From NCBI RefSeq assembly GCF_022539665.2, contig NC_081331.1, positions 14,136,001-14,200,000 of the forward strand: DNA of 64,000 nt, in the 5' to 3' direction. The notes beneath the pieces were generated by a model that was not told the DNA's origin, searched no databases, and worked only from the letters and a program-made list of their open reading frames with translations. The DNA comes from Daphnia carinata (lineage: Eukaryota). The translations under genes and the position numbers were made by a program. Below, one piece after another: positions 13,329 to 25,900 of this stretch (position 1 is the first letter of the stretch; each line of letters starts with the position of its first letter).

Positions 13329-14562
13329 CTCTCAGCTCCCCCGTGCGCATTCTGTTTTTTACTCCATCGTGATCTTCAGTTCTCGTCTTCTTTAAACGTG
13401 CAACACATTCACGTGAAACTTTGCCATACCGAATTCAGTGTAACGTAAATAGATTTCTACAACGAACAGAGAGCTGATGTCATTTCCAACTTATTTAGCT
13501 TTTCGTTTGTTAAATTAGCACAAGGAGAAGTCAATCACGTTCGTTACCGGGACGAGTCACAGGCCAAATTGTGTTGGGTAAGTGAAATGACAACAAATAA
13601 ATAACAGTTATATCTTTAACGGGACGAGCCAAATCTTTCACTCAAAAAAAAAAGGAAAAGGGGTATAGAAAAAAAGAAACAGTGTGACGTTGGTGTACCT
13701 TCACTCGACTGCCTCCTGTTGCCACAGTGTAGCGGTGTGTACACAGTACCCCGAAATAGCACCGCCATTATTGTTTTGTATTGAATATATTCAAAAAGAC
13801 GGCTGGACCTAACAGGAAAAGAAGAAAAGCAACTGTTTTTGGGGTTTCTTTCAACTGTTTTTATTGTTTGATTTCTGCCTTTTGATTTGTCCGTTAAAAC
13901 GTTGACTTGCTGTCACGGGTAATGCGATGGTCGTTATTCGCGTTCTCTTTTTCCAATTAAGATCCTGCCTTTTTTTTTAATTCCCTTTGGATGTTGGGTG
14001 CCCAGTCGTGTAGCGCCGGCCACTTGAAGTTGCTTTGTAATGCGTCATTGCGTCCGTTCTTACTTTTTTTCCTTGGCTGGTCGTTGATTTTTCTTTCCTG
14101 GGAGATGCTCAGATTTTATTAAGAAACCAACAGCCGTTACAGCAAGAGGCAAAGAACCTTCACGGCTTCATCCTTTTTCTTCTTCTCAGTTTCGTAAAAA
14201 AAAAAAAATGATGACTCTGTTATTGTTCCGCATTTTTTTTTTTTCCTCTTTTGGTTTTAATTTCCTTGTGACTTGGTGAGTGTAGGGTGAACATTCTGAA
14301 GATTACTGATGCAGCAGCTTCTTAATTACGGCAATTTACCATCTGGCCAGCGAAAGTCTGTCGTCTAAGCCACAATCCGCTTGTTTTTGCTTTTAATTAT
14401 TGAATATGGGTTTGTCATCGGTCCACGTTTTATTCTAATAGCTTTCTGTTTCGTTGGTTCACAGTTATTGTCGGAATAATGTCCCGTGATGCAACGGCGG
14501 TGATAAAGGCAAGAGTATCAAGATCGCCATTCACATTAGCAATTGGTGCAAAACGAAGAACG

Positions 14563-17500
14563 ATGTCGTACCGACTGACGGTTGCCCTGTTTTTCCTCGT
14601 GTCCGGCCTCTGGCCCCAGATGGTCACGTCGGCCCCAACGCCGCAACAAGAAGAGGGTAACGCATTTATATAGACGTAAAAAATATTATAGTACCACTGT
14701 TAGACTTGTAGAAATTGAGTTCTGCGTGATGACCACAAAAACTACAGTTCAACAAGATGGAAAATGAATCAAACTAAATGGCCCTGCAGCAAATAAATGC
14801 TAGAGGATGAACATTAAATTGCTTTCATCGTTCAAAGTCATTTACCGTTGATTTCTTAACGATGTGCGATACGCCATTACCAACATGAACATCGACTCCA
14901 GTATAAGTGGCTTGTAAAAGAATCATATCCATCTCATCAAGCTGATGGCATCTGTTTCTCAATTTTACCGGTCAATCCCCATGACCAGACATTTCCTACT
15001 GCACATCGTTACGTTGTTGATTGCGTGATTAATTGTTATTTTAATGTTTAGGTGGTGCATTGGCTGGCCTGTTGGATGCTGACAGTGTGGTGAGTGCCGG
15101 CCGAGATGACGGGAAGAGCGATGAAGCAACAGAGTTCAGGTATGGCGGATGGTGGAATGAGGGAGAACCAGCAAAGCCGCCCGATATCCGTGCCCGCAAC
15201 CAACACCCGACTGGCCCCAAATCACCACCTGAAATTCATATCATCGACAATGTCAACCTTCTATTCACCTCCTTCCAAGATCACGCACAGCATGCCTCCA
15301 GCACAACCACATCCAACACATCCTCGCTATCGACACCTTCACCTCCAGCACCAACAAGGACCATAACGCCACGTAGCGTTGACCAAGATGATCAAACCAA
15401 TTTTGTTTTCAACATCGTCATTCAGAAGGAAAAGACTCAGAAATCGGCTTTCATTGCACCCGATGTTACCTGGCTAAGAGATTTGGTTCCTAAAGTGGTC
15501 GATGTCGTCGATAAACCCGACACCGCCATCAAAGAAACAATTTTCAGCGTCATGGACAAACAGAGCACGGACGAAGATCGACAGATTTTGGTCAATGTCG
15601 TCAAAGCTCAAGTCGATTCAGAGGAAGAAGTACCGCAAATCCTCGCCCGTCTTCGCAATCTGATGCAAACGGGCGAGGGCGTAGATTTAGCTCTCGTTCG
15701 AAACAGCAGTCAATCTCAATATCAGCCTGTCATCATCAACGTTGTCATTGTTAACGTACTCAGCGTCAATGTGGTCAACGTCATAATTCCAGATCCTACT
15801 TTAAATTTGAATTCAAGTGAACAGGCCAGAACACCCGACTCTACCATCGACGAAGACTCTTACATCGAAGCTCTCAGAGAATCGCAAAGAAATCGCAATA
15901 AAGAATCAACTCTAACGATGAATCCACCACATCCCCATCAGCCGGATGAGAAACATCAACCACATCACGGTCCGCACGTCATCAGTCCAGTTGCTACGAC
16001 ACAACAGCAATTCAACGGGTTTTACTTGACCGAAGTGCCGACGCAAGGATATGTTTCAACAGGTAGACCGTTGATGGCCATGGAAAAAGAATATTTACGC
16101 AGCTATGACGTTGAACTGCCCAAACAGCAATCAGATAACATGGCCGACAAACAAGAACGTCCCGAATCGGAACCGCTAATCGATCGCAAAGTTGGCGCGG
16201 TTAAATCACCAACCGGGCCGTACTTCACGAACATAGCCGACAAACCAGCGAAGATAGAGATCCTTGATGTCAACAAGGTTGCAAAAACGAACGTACGAGA
16301 GACTCCAAAACCGGAAAACAGGCCGCTTAAGGTCAGAGCTCCGGGAGCGTTAAGCACAATGACAAATAAAGCGACTAGCGCTGTCAGGAACCAAATCCGA
16401 ACGATTGGTTTCGTCGCCATTCCGATGTTAGCGGGTTTGGCCAGCACGGTCAATGCTTGGCTGCCCGCCATGGCGCAGCTGGGCCGTCGTAGAAAGAAGC
16501 GCTCAATGGAGTATGAACAATACGAGGAAGACTGGCAACCCAATCCGAAATTCGTTGGTACCGATGACCGCAGACGGGCCATACAAGACGCTCAAGTGCT
16601 GGCTCTTTTGATGGGCAAACGCTACATGAATGTCAGCAAAGAATCGTTACAAGAATCGATTGATAATTGGAAAAATCGCGACCAGGAAGCAGCGGCTGCG
16701 ATTCCACCTCATACGACCGATCCTAACAAATTGGCCAGCACCAATCGGCCATTGTGGTTTCAATTCCAACGGACCAACAATTCTTCTGCTGCTGAATCGA
16801 CCGTTATCCCGCCTACTACCACGGTAGCGCCGTCTACTGTTAACCGACCGATTTACTATGAAGAAGATACTCAGACCAACAACAATGAAAACCATTCGCC
16901 TTTATTCTATTCGGCGGCCAGCGCATTAGATGACATCCTGGAAAACAGAGAGATGGTGGAATACTACGACGACACGGGGCCATCAACCTCTTCGTCAGGT
17001 AGCACGTCGACCGAAGCGGCCGATTATGAAGAAAAAGAAACGCAGTCAGAAGAGAACGTTGCAATGGCGTATCAAGAACCAGTGACGCCGCATATTCACA
17101 TCCTGCCCGACACTTCGCCATCCGGCGATGATTTCGACATAGTGGCCAATTTCGTTCAAGCGATGATGATGAACGGCAATAATAAAAACATCCCACCTGT
17201 AAACGGGCCGGAAAACAGAGAGGATATGGATGGACCGGAGCATAGAGAAGATATCGATGGACCGGAGCATAGAGAAGATATCTATGGACCAGAAATCATA
17301 GAAGACGGACCGGAGCATAGGGAAAACATATTCTTCGTCAAAGCGCCGTCTATTGTGAATACGACGAAGACTACTGGCCCCACCACGACAAAGCCAACAA
17401 CAGGAGCTACTCGAGTACCACCCATCGGAAGTGGAAGTACTCTTAGCCTCTTCGCAGCAGATCCGATCATGCCCAATTGGACCAATACTAACGATAGAGT

Positions 17501-19619
17501 CACTAACAGTCCAGTCACTTACGTGGCCATCAGGGCACCACCTGTTCAACCGAGTCTTTCTAGGTTCCCGAGTCAAAGTACAACGACGACCACGCAATCT
17601 TACGATTACGACATCGCCAATGTCAATGACAGCAATGATCCAATGTCTAACGAACAAATGTCGACGCCTCTTCAATTCCATGAAGACGACTCGGGTATTA
17701 CGTTCTTTGTTTCTAAAGACGTGCCCTCACGGATCACATCAACCGCATCCTCCACTTCTGGATTGACTGAAACGAAACCAACCAGCACCGGAAGGCCTTT
17801 ATCGCAATGGTTTAGCGATCCGTTTGAAAATGGACTTTTTGTTGGTTCTGGTACGACCAATACGATCCGACCGGCATCATCATCTACCACTTCATCATTT
17901 CCTACCCAACCGGCCACTCGGCCATCATCGGCAACGTCCAGCTTCCAGTCCACCGCACAACCCACAATCCTGCCTACGTCATCGACGTCCATCACCCAGT
18001 CAACATATCCACCAGGAACTCGACCAACGTCACCGACTTTCAACTCACAGTCCAGTACTTCAATCCGACCAACGACATCAAATTTCAATCCCCAATCCAG
18101 TAGTCCATCCGCAAGCCGACCAACGACATCAAATTCCCAGCCTAGTAGTCCATCCACGATCCGACCAACGACGTCCATGTTTAATTCACAATCTGTGACT
18201 CGTCCTGTTGGACCGCCGCTCAAACTCCAATCCATTTCACAATTTGGAAACCGACCGTCTGCTTCCGTGTCGGCCAAACCCCAAGCCGGCCGACCTTCTT
18301 CGTTGTTGACCATGGCCAGTTTCACTGCACCTCCTCGGCAGAAACCAGCAGTTCCTCCACCGGTTGAAGTGTCCAATGGTATGTCGAAATACACAAAAGT
18401 TCCCAGCGCAGTGACGACTCCTCCGGTCCAGGATTTGAGCACTTTGACGGGGGATTCTGCGCTCGTATCTGCCACCGTTGAAAAGAACAATATCTTGGCT
18501 GGAATAGTCAAAGGAGCTGCACTGACCAGTCCGTTACCTCAACAATCAACTGGCCAACCGACGACCACGATGGCTGAGACGAGTGACGTCAACCAATTGT
18601 TTGGCGGTTACAGTAGCACGTCGAGTACCAGCCGTCCTGTTTCGACGACAGGCGTCTCTTCGGAGGAACTGGACAGTACATTAGATAATTTGGTAACACA
18701 ATTGGAAATAGAAGCATCCGGTTTGGTGTCCACCAAACGACCGATCGGAGGACTTCATTTCATAAATACTTCGACGGACGTTGTCATCATCAATCCTTAC
18801 GACGTGACGCCAAGTTCCATCTTCTCTCCACTGCAAATGGAATCCGGTGAAGCTGAAATGGATGATGAAACCAATGAATCTTCTGATTCAATAGTCGTCG
18901 ATGCAGAGGCAGGAAATCAGCCGGACTCTGTGCCGGTTGTTTCAAATTTGGCCAACTTTTTATTCGCTTCATCTGGCAGCAGCTCGTCCGGATCATCCGG
19001 TTCCTCCGCATCCAATGACGGTACAGTAAGCGGTGCAGGTGTTACGAGTTCTACATCAGCCTCGTCAGTCGATCCCTTTGCTCTTTTCTACACTCTCGGA
19101 TTGGCTTCGGCCGGCATTTTGGCTTTGACGTTGCCCATTTGGGTCCCATTGGTCGTCGCCAAGAAGAAGAGACGTACAGGTAGTTACGGACCGATTAAAA
19201 ATAAGGAGAAGAAGAAGAAGAATCAATATCCAGCTAAAAAGAAGAAAACATCCGGTTATGCACAAAAGAAACCGACGTATGGAGAACCACCTCCCAATCA
19301 TTACAAGGATCTGGATGAAGACTTGCCTTATCACGAAGACGATTATCCAGCCGTTCCGCCCAATCATCCGACCTATCACAGCACGACCGTCGAAGACTTG
19401 TACCGCAGTGGAGTCAATCAAGATTACGCTGACACGGACGTTGATCATTACTCGACTCTATATCGTGATTTGTTTTCGTCCAATTCGGACGACGCTTTTC
19501 ACGATGCAGGACCGTTGAATTCGGAGGACGTTTACGGACCTTCGACGTCGACTTACTATGATGGAAAAAAGGCAGCGCGGCGTCGGCGCAGCATCGCATC
19601 TAATAAACGATTCCATTAA
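14563..19619 (+). CDS. Cluster gene B, long isoform: signal-peptide mucin-like membrane protein (~1550 aa); exons 14563-14656 and 15052-19619
   Basis: Signal-peptide exon MSYRLTVALFFLVSGLWPQMVTSAP, then phase-1 intron 14657-15051 (GTAACG...TTTAG) in frame with the 4.5-kb ORF. S/T/P-rich. Internal hydrophobic segment plus GRRRKKRS. C-terminal TM (DPFALFYTLGLASAGILALTLPIWVPLVVA-KKKRR). AATAAA at 19964-19969. Confidence 0.88.
17202..17330 (+). repeat. Coding 27-nt tandem repeat (DGPEHREDI-like, ~4-5 units) in gene B
   Basis: GATGGACCGGAGCATAGAGAAGATATC repeated; protein NGPENREDM-DGPEHREDI-DGPEHREDI-YGPEIIE-DGPEHRENI. Confidence 0.9.
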
Positions 19620-20061
19620 ACCCTTACCACTACGTCCTTCACGGCTGACAACAGCCCCTGTTTGTGCCTCTCCTTAATTTAACAACTGGGATTGCCCTTA
19701 ACCCGTTGCACAGCTAAAATCCTTACCCAATATTAGACGTACATATATAGACTGTTGTGCATATATTTATTAGAAAGTCTGATATTTATACCTGTACATT
19801 AATCCCCCTCATCCATAATCTCATCCACATAATATCCTACACCATCCAATCATTCGTGATACCTGTTGTTTCATCCATTAATATTTTTTTCATACAAAGT
19901 TTAGTGACTTGATGACCGAGACGGACTGCTCTGAACAATGCATGTGTTTTCACTTTCATATCGAATAAACCCCATCGTATTTCGAATCCAATGATTTCAT
20001 TCCTTTGCATAATAACGTTGTGTGCTAATGATTTTTTGTTTTTTTCTTAAATTATTACCAG

Positions 20062-20986
20062 TTTGATCAATGGGAAAAAGTCTGCAATGGCTGCAGTTCA
20101 GAACGCGCTCAGTAACGTGGAAGACACTACGGAAATGGCCAATCCCTTTATTGTTCGTTCACCCATTCTTTCTTCATCCCTTTCTTCTTTACCTGTCCCA
20201 CCTACCTCCACCGCCACTCTTACCTACACCCTGTTGAGTCGCAGTAGGTCACCTATGATTTTCTCTTCTGTTTCATCCCAATCTTCTTCAACAACTCCAC
20301 CGAAGCCCCAGCGTCCAGCAGCCGTTGTTGTCAATCTCAGGCCAGTTCCTTCCTCCACGTCAACGACAATAAGACCTTCTGTACCTAATGTAACTAACAA
20401 GACGACCCCTCCTATTGAAACCAAAAACAATTCCGAACCGACAACGACTTCCAAAAGTGTCTTGCTTAATAGTCTTAATCAAATGAACAGCAACGTCACG
20501 TGGATAGCCAAACCGACGTCACAACTCGTGACGAGCAACACGACCTCATTTGCCGACGCTGATTACGAATATTACGATTACGACGAGACTACGTTACAAA
20601 CAACATCGCAAAGTACAACTGCAATCGCTAAGACCACAACCAAGGCTTTAACTTCTACCGCTAGGGCTTTTACTAGCCCACCGGTAACTACGTTGACTGT
20701 ACGACAGAATCTAGAACGACAAGTGACTACTAGCACAACGACAAAAGCGACCACAACGACACTGAGTCCTTTCCTTACCACAACCACAGCACCGCCCAAT
20801 GTAGGAATCTTGAACGGCCTGACACGGGCAGGTGGGGCCGGAATCAGCATCGGAATCGCATCGGCAGCCTATGCAGCTATTGCTCTCTTTGGAATCCCTT
20901 TCATAGGTCGCCGGAGGAGATCAGTCAGTGAACTTACATCTGATTACAATCCCGACTATCGTCATCATTGGTTGGTGGACAACTAA
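20062..20986 (+). CDS. Thr-rich mucin-like terminal exon, most likely an alternative last exon of gene B
   Basis: Preceded by a T-rich tract and TTACCAG acceptor (AG 20060-20061, phase 2), with an in-frame stop at 20048 and no signal peptide of its own. The phase matches the internal donor TTCAG|GTATGG at 15140 in gene B. Ends with a hydrophobic segment plus GRRRRS. Confidence 0.75.
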
Positions 20987-22964
20987 ATTTTTCATTGAAA
21001 CGACCGCTATGTACGATTGAATCTCGACTATACCTTTTGGATCATTGACGTATAAAGTTTTATTGTCATAAATGTATTAACGGTGGAAAGATCAAACTAA
21101 CGGGAAAATACAGTAATTATAAATCGAGCAGTTTGAATACCAAATGAATATTCACATGAACTATGGCAATCAGTTTTTGTTTGCCGATTCTCACGCCAAA
21201 AAAAAACTAAAACGTTATAGCAGGGGTTTGCAGTCATTTTATTTGAATCAATATATTAAGAACACGGTGAGAAATATCCAGCTGCTGTGGCGGGCTAATA
21301 CCAGAACCATTATACCCGTCCCGTATGATAAATAATGCGCAGTCTATAAACATCCGGAGCGTGGAAATTCCACGAAAACGCTGTTCAATGCGCCAATGGA
21401 AATTCTGCGAATCGATTCACGTAAACGCTTGATGGGTTTTTATACCTATGCACTCAGGGCATTTACCTTTGTCCTGAAAATCGCGGAAAGGTGCACAACC
21501 TACCGTTGATTATATGCGTCATTATTTAGATGTTAAGTGGCCGAAAATGTTTTTTCTGACAGTATAAGCGTATAAAAAGTTAACTCAATTACCGAACATT
21601 ACGAGTTGAGAAACGGAACGAAAAAAGGCTATTGAAAATCACAGATGAGCAGCAGCAGCAGCAAAAAAGAAGAGCCAACAGCAGGTATTAATAGCGTGCC
21701 GGTCATTTGAACAGCGATACCCGGTCACAACCGACTGAACGCGGGATTTTTTACATCCAGTGGAGAGAATCATATCAGCAGTGCAATGATACATACGTAT
21801 CGTTGTATGCAGTGCCTATAAAACAAGAACCTCCTGGTTTATCAAGTACAAATAATGCTAACGATGTTATAGTCACTAGTCAGTCCCCCTGATTACCGTC
21901 TAACAACAGGTGGTTGACTGTTAGAACAAAACATCTCTTCCCTAGTCTTCACCCTCCCCATCGGCCCGGAAATGAATCTTTATCCTTTTTATCCATTAAC
22001 CCGTTATTATTATTAAATTACTACGAGAAATCACACCATAAGCGTAACATATGCGTGTGTTGTACATGGTGATGTAGCGGTTTCAATTGCCTGTTCTCTC
22101 TCGTTGGCTATGGATTCAAGCTTCATATCACCATAAGTGCCCACCACTATCCCAACAACATTAATTCGCGCATCATCGCCGGAATTTTTTTTGTTTCGAA
22201 AAAAAAAAATAGACACTGGGCAGAAGCGCGTGAATTCAGGCGTGTCCTTAGATATCACGGGGACGAACCGTTCATTTGTTTGGGAGCTTGTCCCGCGTTA
22301 CAACAACAAGGAGAAGAGGTGGCGGAATGGACAGTGGGTGCGTTCCGCACGCAATCATTGAGCGTGTAGTTGTCGCTTCGTCATTGAAACATTGTGAAAA
22401 TGAACGGAAACTTTCGTTGCTGGCGGTGGGCCATGTTCACCTCCACTATGAGAGATTTTCTTGTAACTTTCAGTTTTTTCATGTTCGATTCCACCATCCG
22501 TTATTTTCTTGCACCTGTGGAGAACTGAATGCACGCGCGTGGCGTCTCTAACCGCTTCGACGACACAATCTTAATTCATTTTTTTTTTTTTTCACTTTGT
22601 CTTTTTCTTTACCTTCCTTCTTTTGTTTTTTTTTTTGTCCCTTTCCTCCCTCCCTTTACGTACAGTATCTTTTGTATTGCCATCCCGGAGGAGGCAAACT
22701 GATAAAAAGCGAAGTGATTCCCTGATCGCCCGTTTAGTCGTGTCGATGATCAAACAGCTTGTCGTTCAGTGCAGCAGCAGTGCAGAATAATCTTTACAAC
22801 ATTGAAGTGGAAAATTAGTAACGTGACAAGGAACACGGATGATTGCGAGTTGTGTCGTGACGAGTGAAGCAATCGAAGGAATTGAGTTGCTAATACATCT
22901 TCTACTCAAAGTGTCATACTATAAATAAAATCTTATTGTTTGGAGACGACATTTTAGCAGTGCA

Positions 22965-25900
22965 ATGATGCTGCCACCGGTACGGCCATTGGCTGCCGTC
23001 TTCTTATTGTGCTTGATCCTGGATCCGACATCCGCAGCGGCTTTGGCACGGATCGGATCGATTAAAGACAAAATAAACAAAGACAAAAGTAATCCAGCAT
23101 TCACTAGTACAAAAGCACCAACAACTTTGCCAAAAGGTCCGGACACCACAACTCGTCTTTTCTTACCAACGTTACACGTGCTGTTGGATGACGTGCCAGG
23201 ATCGCGAGAATTGTCGAGTCCTTCTACCCAAAAGGAAACGTTTCGTCCTACAAGTTTACCGGCATCCAGTCGACCTCCACTTAAAGGTTTCAATTTGATC
23301 CTGGACGATCCTCCTCCTCTACGGCCTAACACGCAAGCTCCTGGAATGAAGACAACTCACCGGTTTGAAAATAGCATTTTGAACGAAAACGAAGAGCGTT
23401 CGACAAATCTCGCCGATTCACCACAAGATGGCATTCAAATGACCAAAGGCCCGTTTTTTACAAATAATCCAAAGATCGAACATCATCATTTCCAAAATAT
23501 TGACCATCTCCCCGACAAATCCGACACGTCGACGGCAAAAAATGTTGAACCGACAACGACCCGTCCCTTCGGCCCTACACTGAACTTGGTGATGGATGGG
23601 TCGCAGGATGTTTCGTCAAAGGATCGGATGAAAAGCACCACTACAACTCGAAAGCCACTTCTTCGGCCGATTGATTCGTTGCTGTTACAATACCAACGCG
23701 AAGAGGAGCAATCCAACAAAAAGAATAGGCCGCAAGATAATCTTATGGAATGGCTAGTGATGATGCAACAACCGGTTACGGCTCCCGTCGAGCCGGTCAA
23801 GAGTTTCCCGATCGAAGAGGTCAAGCCATCGGTTCTACCAGTTAAACCTTTACCTGTCGAAACTGTCCTAACACCCGTCCAGCCGGTTAAGACTTTTGCT
23901 CTTCATGAAATGCCACCGATTGAGTTGAACCGTGACAAACAAAGCCAGAGGAATGATGAATACGAATACGAGTACGAAGAAGGTTATGACGAATTGCCTG
24001 ATGTAGATGATCGAACGAGTGTCAAACTGCCAAATAAGTCAGTGAATGAGGTGAACCAATCAAGCGATTGGAAACGAATTGGTAGTCCGTTAGGGATGCA
24101 CGATCCTGATGAGGATTTTATCGGACCAGTCGTATCGCAATTGATGAAACCCATCACATCTCCGTCACCTTTGAACAAGAAAACAGGAACTGCCTGGCCG
24201 ACCACTTCGATTGGAACAAAGCAGCCCAGCAAACCTACTGTAACGGTTGGAATAAGAGATTGGCCTGTCCAGGTAGGACTCCAGCGGCCGTCTCCTCCTG
24301 CACAGGTGGGTCTACCAGAATGGCCCGTCCAGGTTGGATTGCAATCGCGTCCCAAACCGACAAAAGCGACAGTCAAACCGGGCGAATATCAAATGGGCAA
24401 CGTTTACGCTACGTCTGTAACGACTCCATCTTCGAATGGAATTAGTTGGCAGGATAAACGAAAACCAACCATTGTAGGTGAATATCAAATGGGCAACATT
24501 CAAGGTAATCAGATATTGGAACGTTCCAACTTAACGTCTGCGGCCACCCGACGTCCGTCTTCTAGTTCACCAGCAACTCGTCCTTCAAACATCTACAAAA
24601 ATCAACACAAAAGTCCTCCGTTAACATCACTGCCGTTTACCGTCGTCGAAAAAGAAGAGGTTAAAGAAAATGAAAATAGAAAGAAAATCATCAACTCGTA
24701 TCAGATTGATGCTCGCGTTCCATCCTACGGTCAATCCTCTTATTACATGAATAACAATTCTCCCTCGTTTGGATCGTCCGGACAGCTGAACATGTATCAA
24801 CCTCAAAAACCAGCTGCTGTGGATATGAATAGCTATTATGGATATCCTAGCAGTGGTGGATATCCTTCTAGTGGGGGATATCCATCAAGTGGGGGATATC
24901 CATCAAGTGGGGGATATCCTTCTAGTGGTGGATATCCATCAAGTGCGGGATATCCATCAAGTGGGGGATATCCATCAAGTGCGGGATATCCATCAAGTGG
25001 GGGATATCCTTCTAGTGGGGGATATCCTTCTAGTGGGGGATATCCATCTAGTGGGGGATACCCGGGTGGAAATTATAAGCCCTTGAAACCTCCTCCTCCA
25101 CCAAACCCGGGAGATCAGCAATTTAATTTCGATTACATAGACGAAGAAGCAACAGGACCAATTAAACCGTTTATTCCCGGGATCGGGTTATTCGGCGATG
25201 GGGCTAACGTCATTTTGATACCGAAACCAACAACGACTGTTCAACCGCCGTTCTTCAGTACACCATCGTTTCCAACAGGTCAGTTTAGCACAGAACGGCC
25301 TAGCGTGAACCAAATGTCGACCTCTGCTCCATTTCAAATGGAAAATCAACAACAAATGGGTGGCAGTTTTGGCGTTGTCACGTCTGGCCCATTCTGGCCG
25401 CCGTTTATTAGCACAACCAAGAAACCATTTCCGCCCGGAGAGTTCACAACCAGCCGGCCTATGAATCAACAACAGATATCGACATTTCGTCCTTCCGAAA
25501 TGGAGAATCAACAACAAATGGGTGGCAGTTTTGGCGTTGTCACGTCTGGCCCATTCTGGCCGCCGTTTATCAGCACAACGGAAAAGCCGTCTGAGTTCTC
25601 AACCAACCGGCCTATGAATCAACAGATATCGACATTTCGTCCTTTCGAAATGGAGAATCAGCAGCAAATGGGAAGTAATTTTGGTGTAATTACGTCAGGG
25701 CCAGCCTGGCCACCAGTGACAAGTACCACTACACCAACGCCATTTCCAATGGAGGAATCGAGCACAAGCAGGCCAACTTTTCGGCCCACTAGGCCCACAA
25801 GACGGCCAACTATGCGACCTACCGTGCGACCTACAAGACCTACTAGGCCAACAACATCTAGTACATCTACCAGTACAACTACCACAACTATGGTTGGACC

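Noticed and set aside
18376..18384. Donor-like ATG|GTATGT inside gene B as partner for the 20062 exon
   Set aside because: Phase 1; it would create an immediate TGA after the 20061 acceptor.
16103..18511. Long minus-strand ORFs (for example 17672-18511, 17046-17681, 16103-16582)
   Set aside because: Antisense shadows of Ser/Thr/Pro-rich codons in gene B, with no independent splice or family evidence. The same applies to antisense ORFs in genes C and D.
24838..25086. Regular short direct repeats resembling a CRISPR array, and the off-frame ORF (VGDIHQ)n
   Set aside because: Head-to-tail 18-nt coding repeats with no unique spacers, inside a eukaryotic ORF; the other-frame ORF is a shadow of the repeat.
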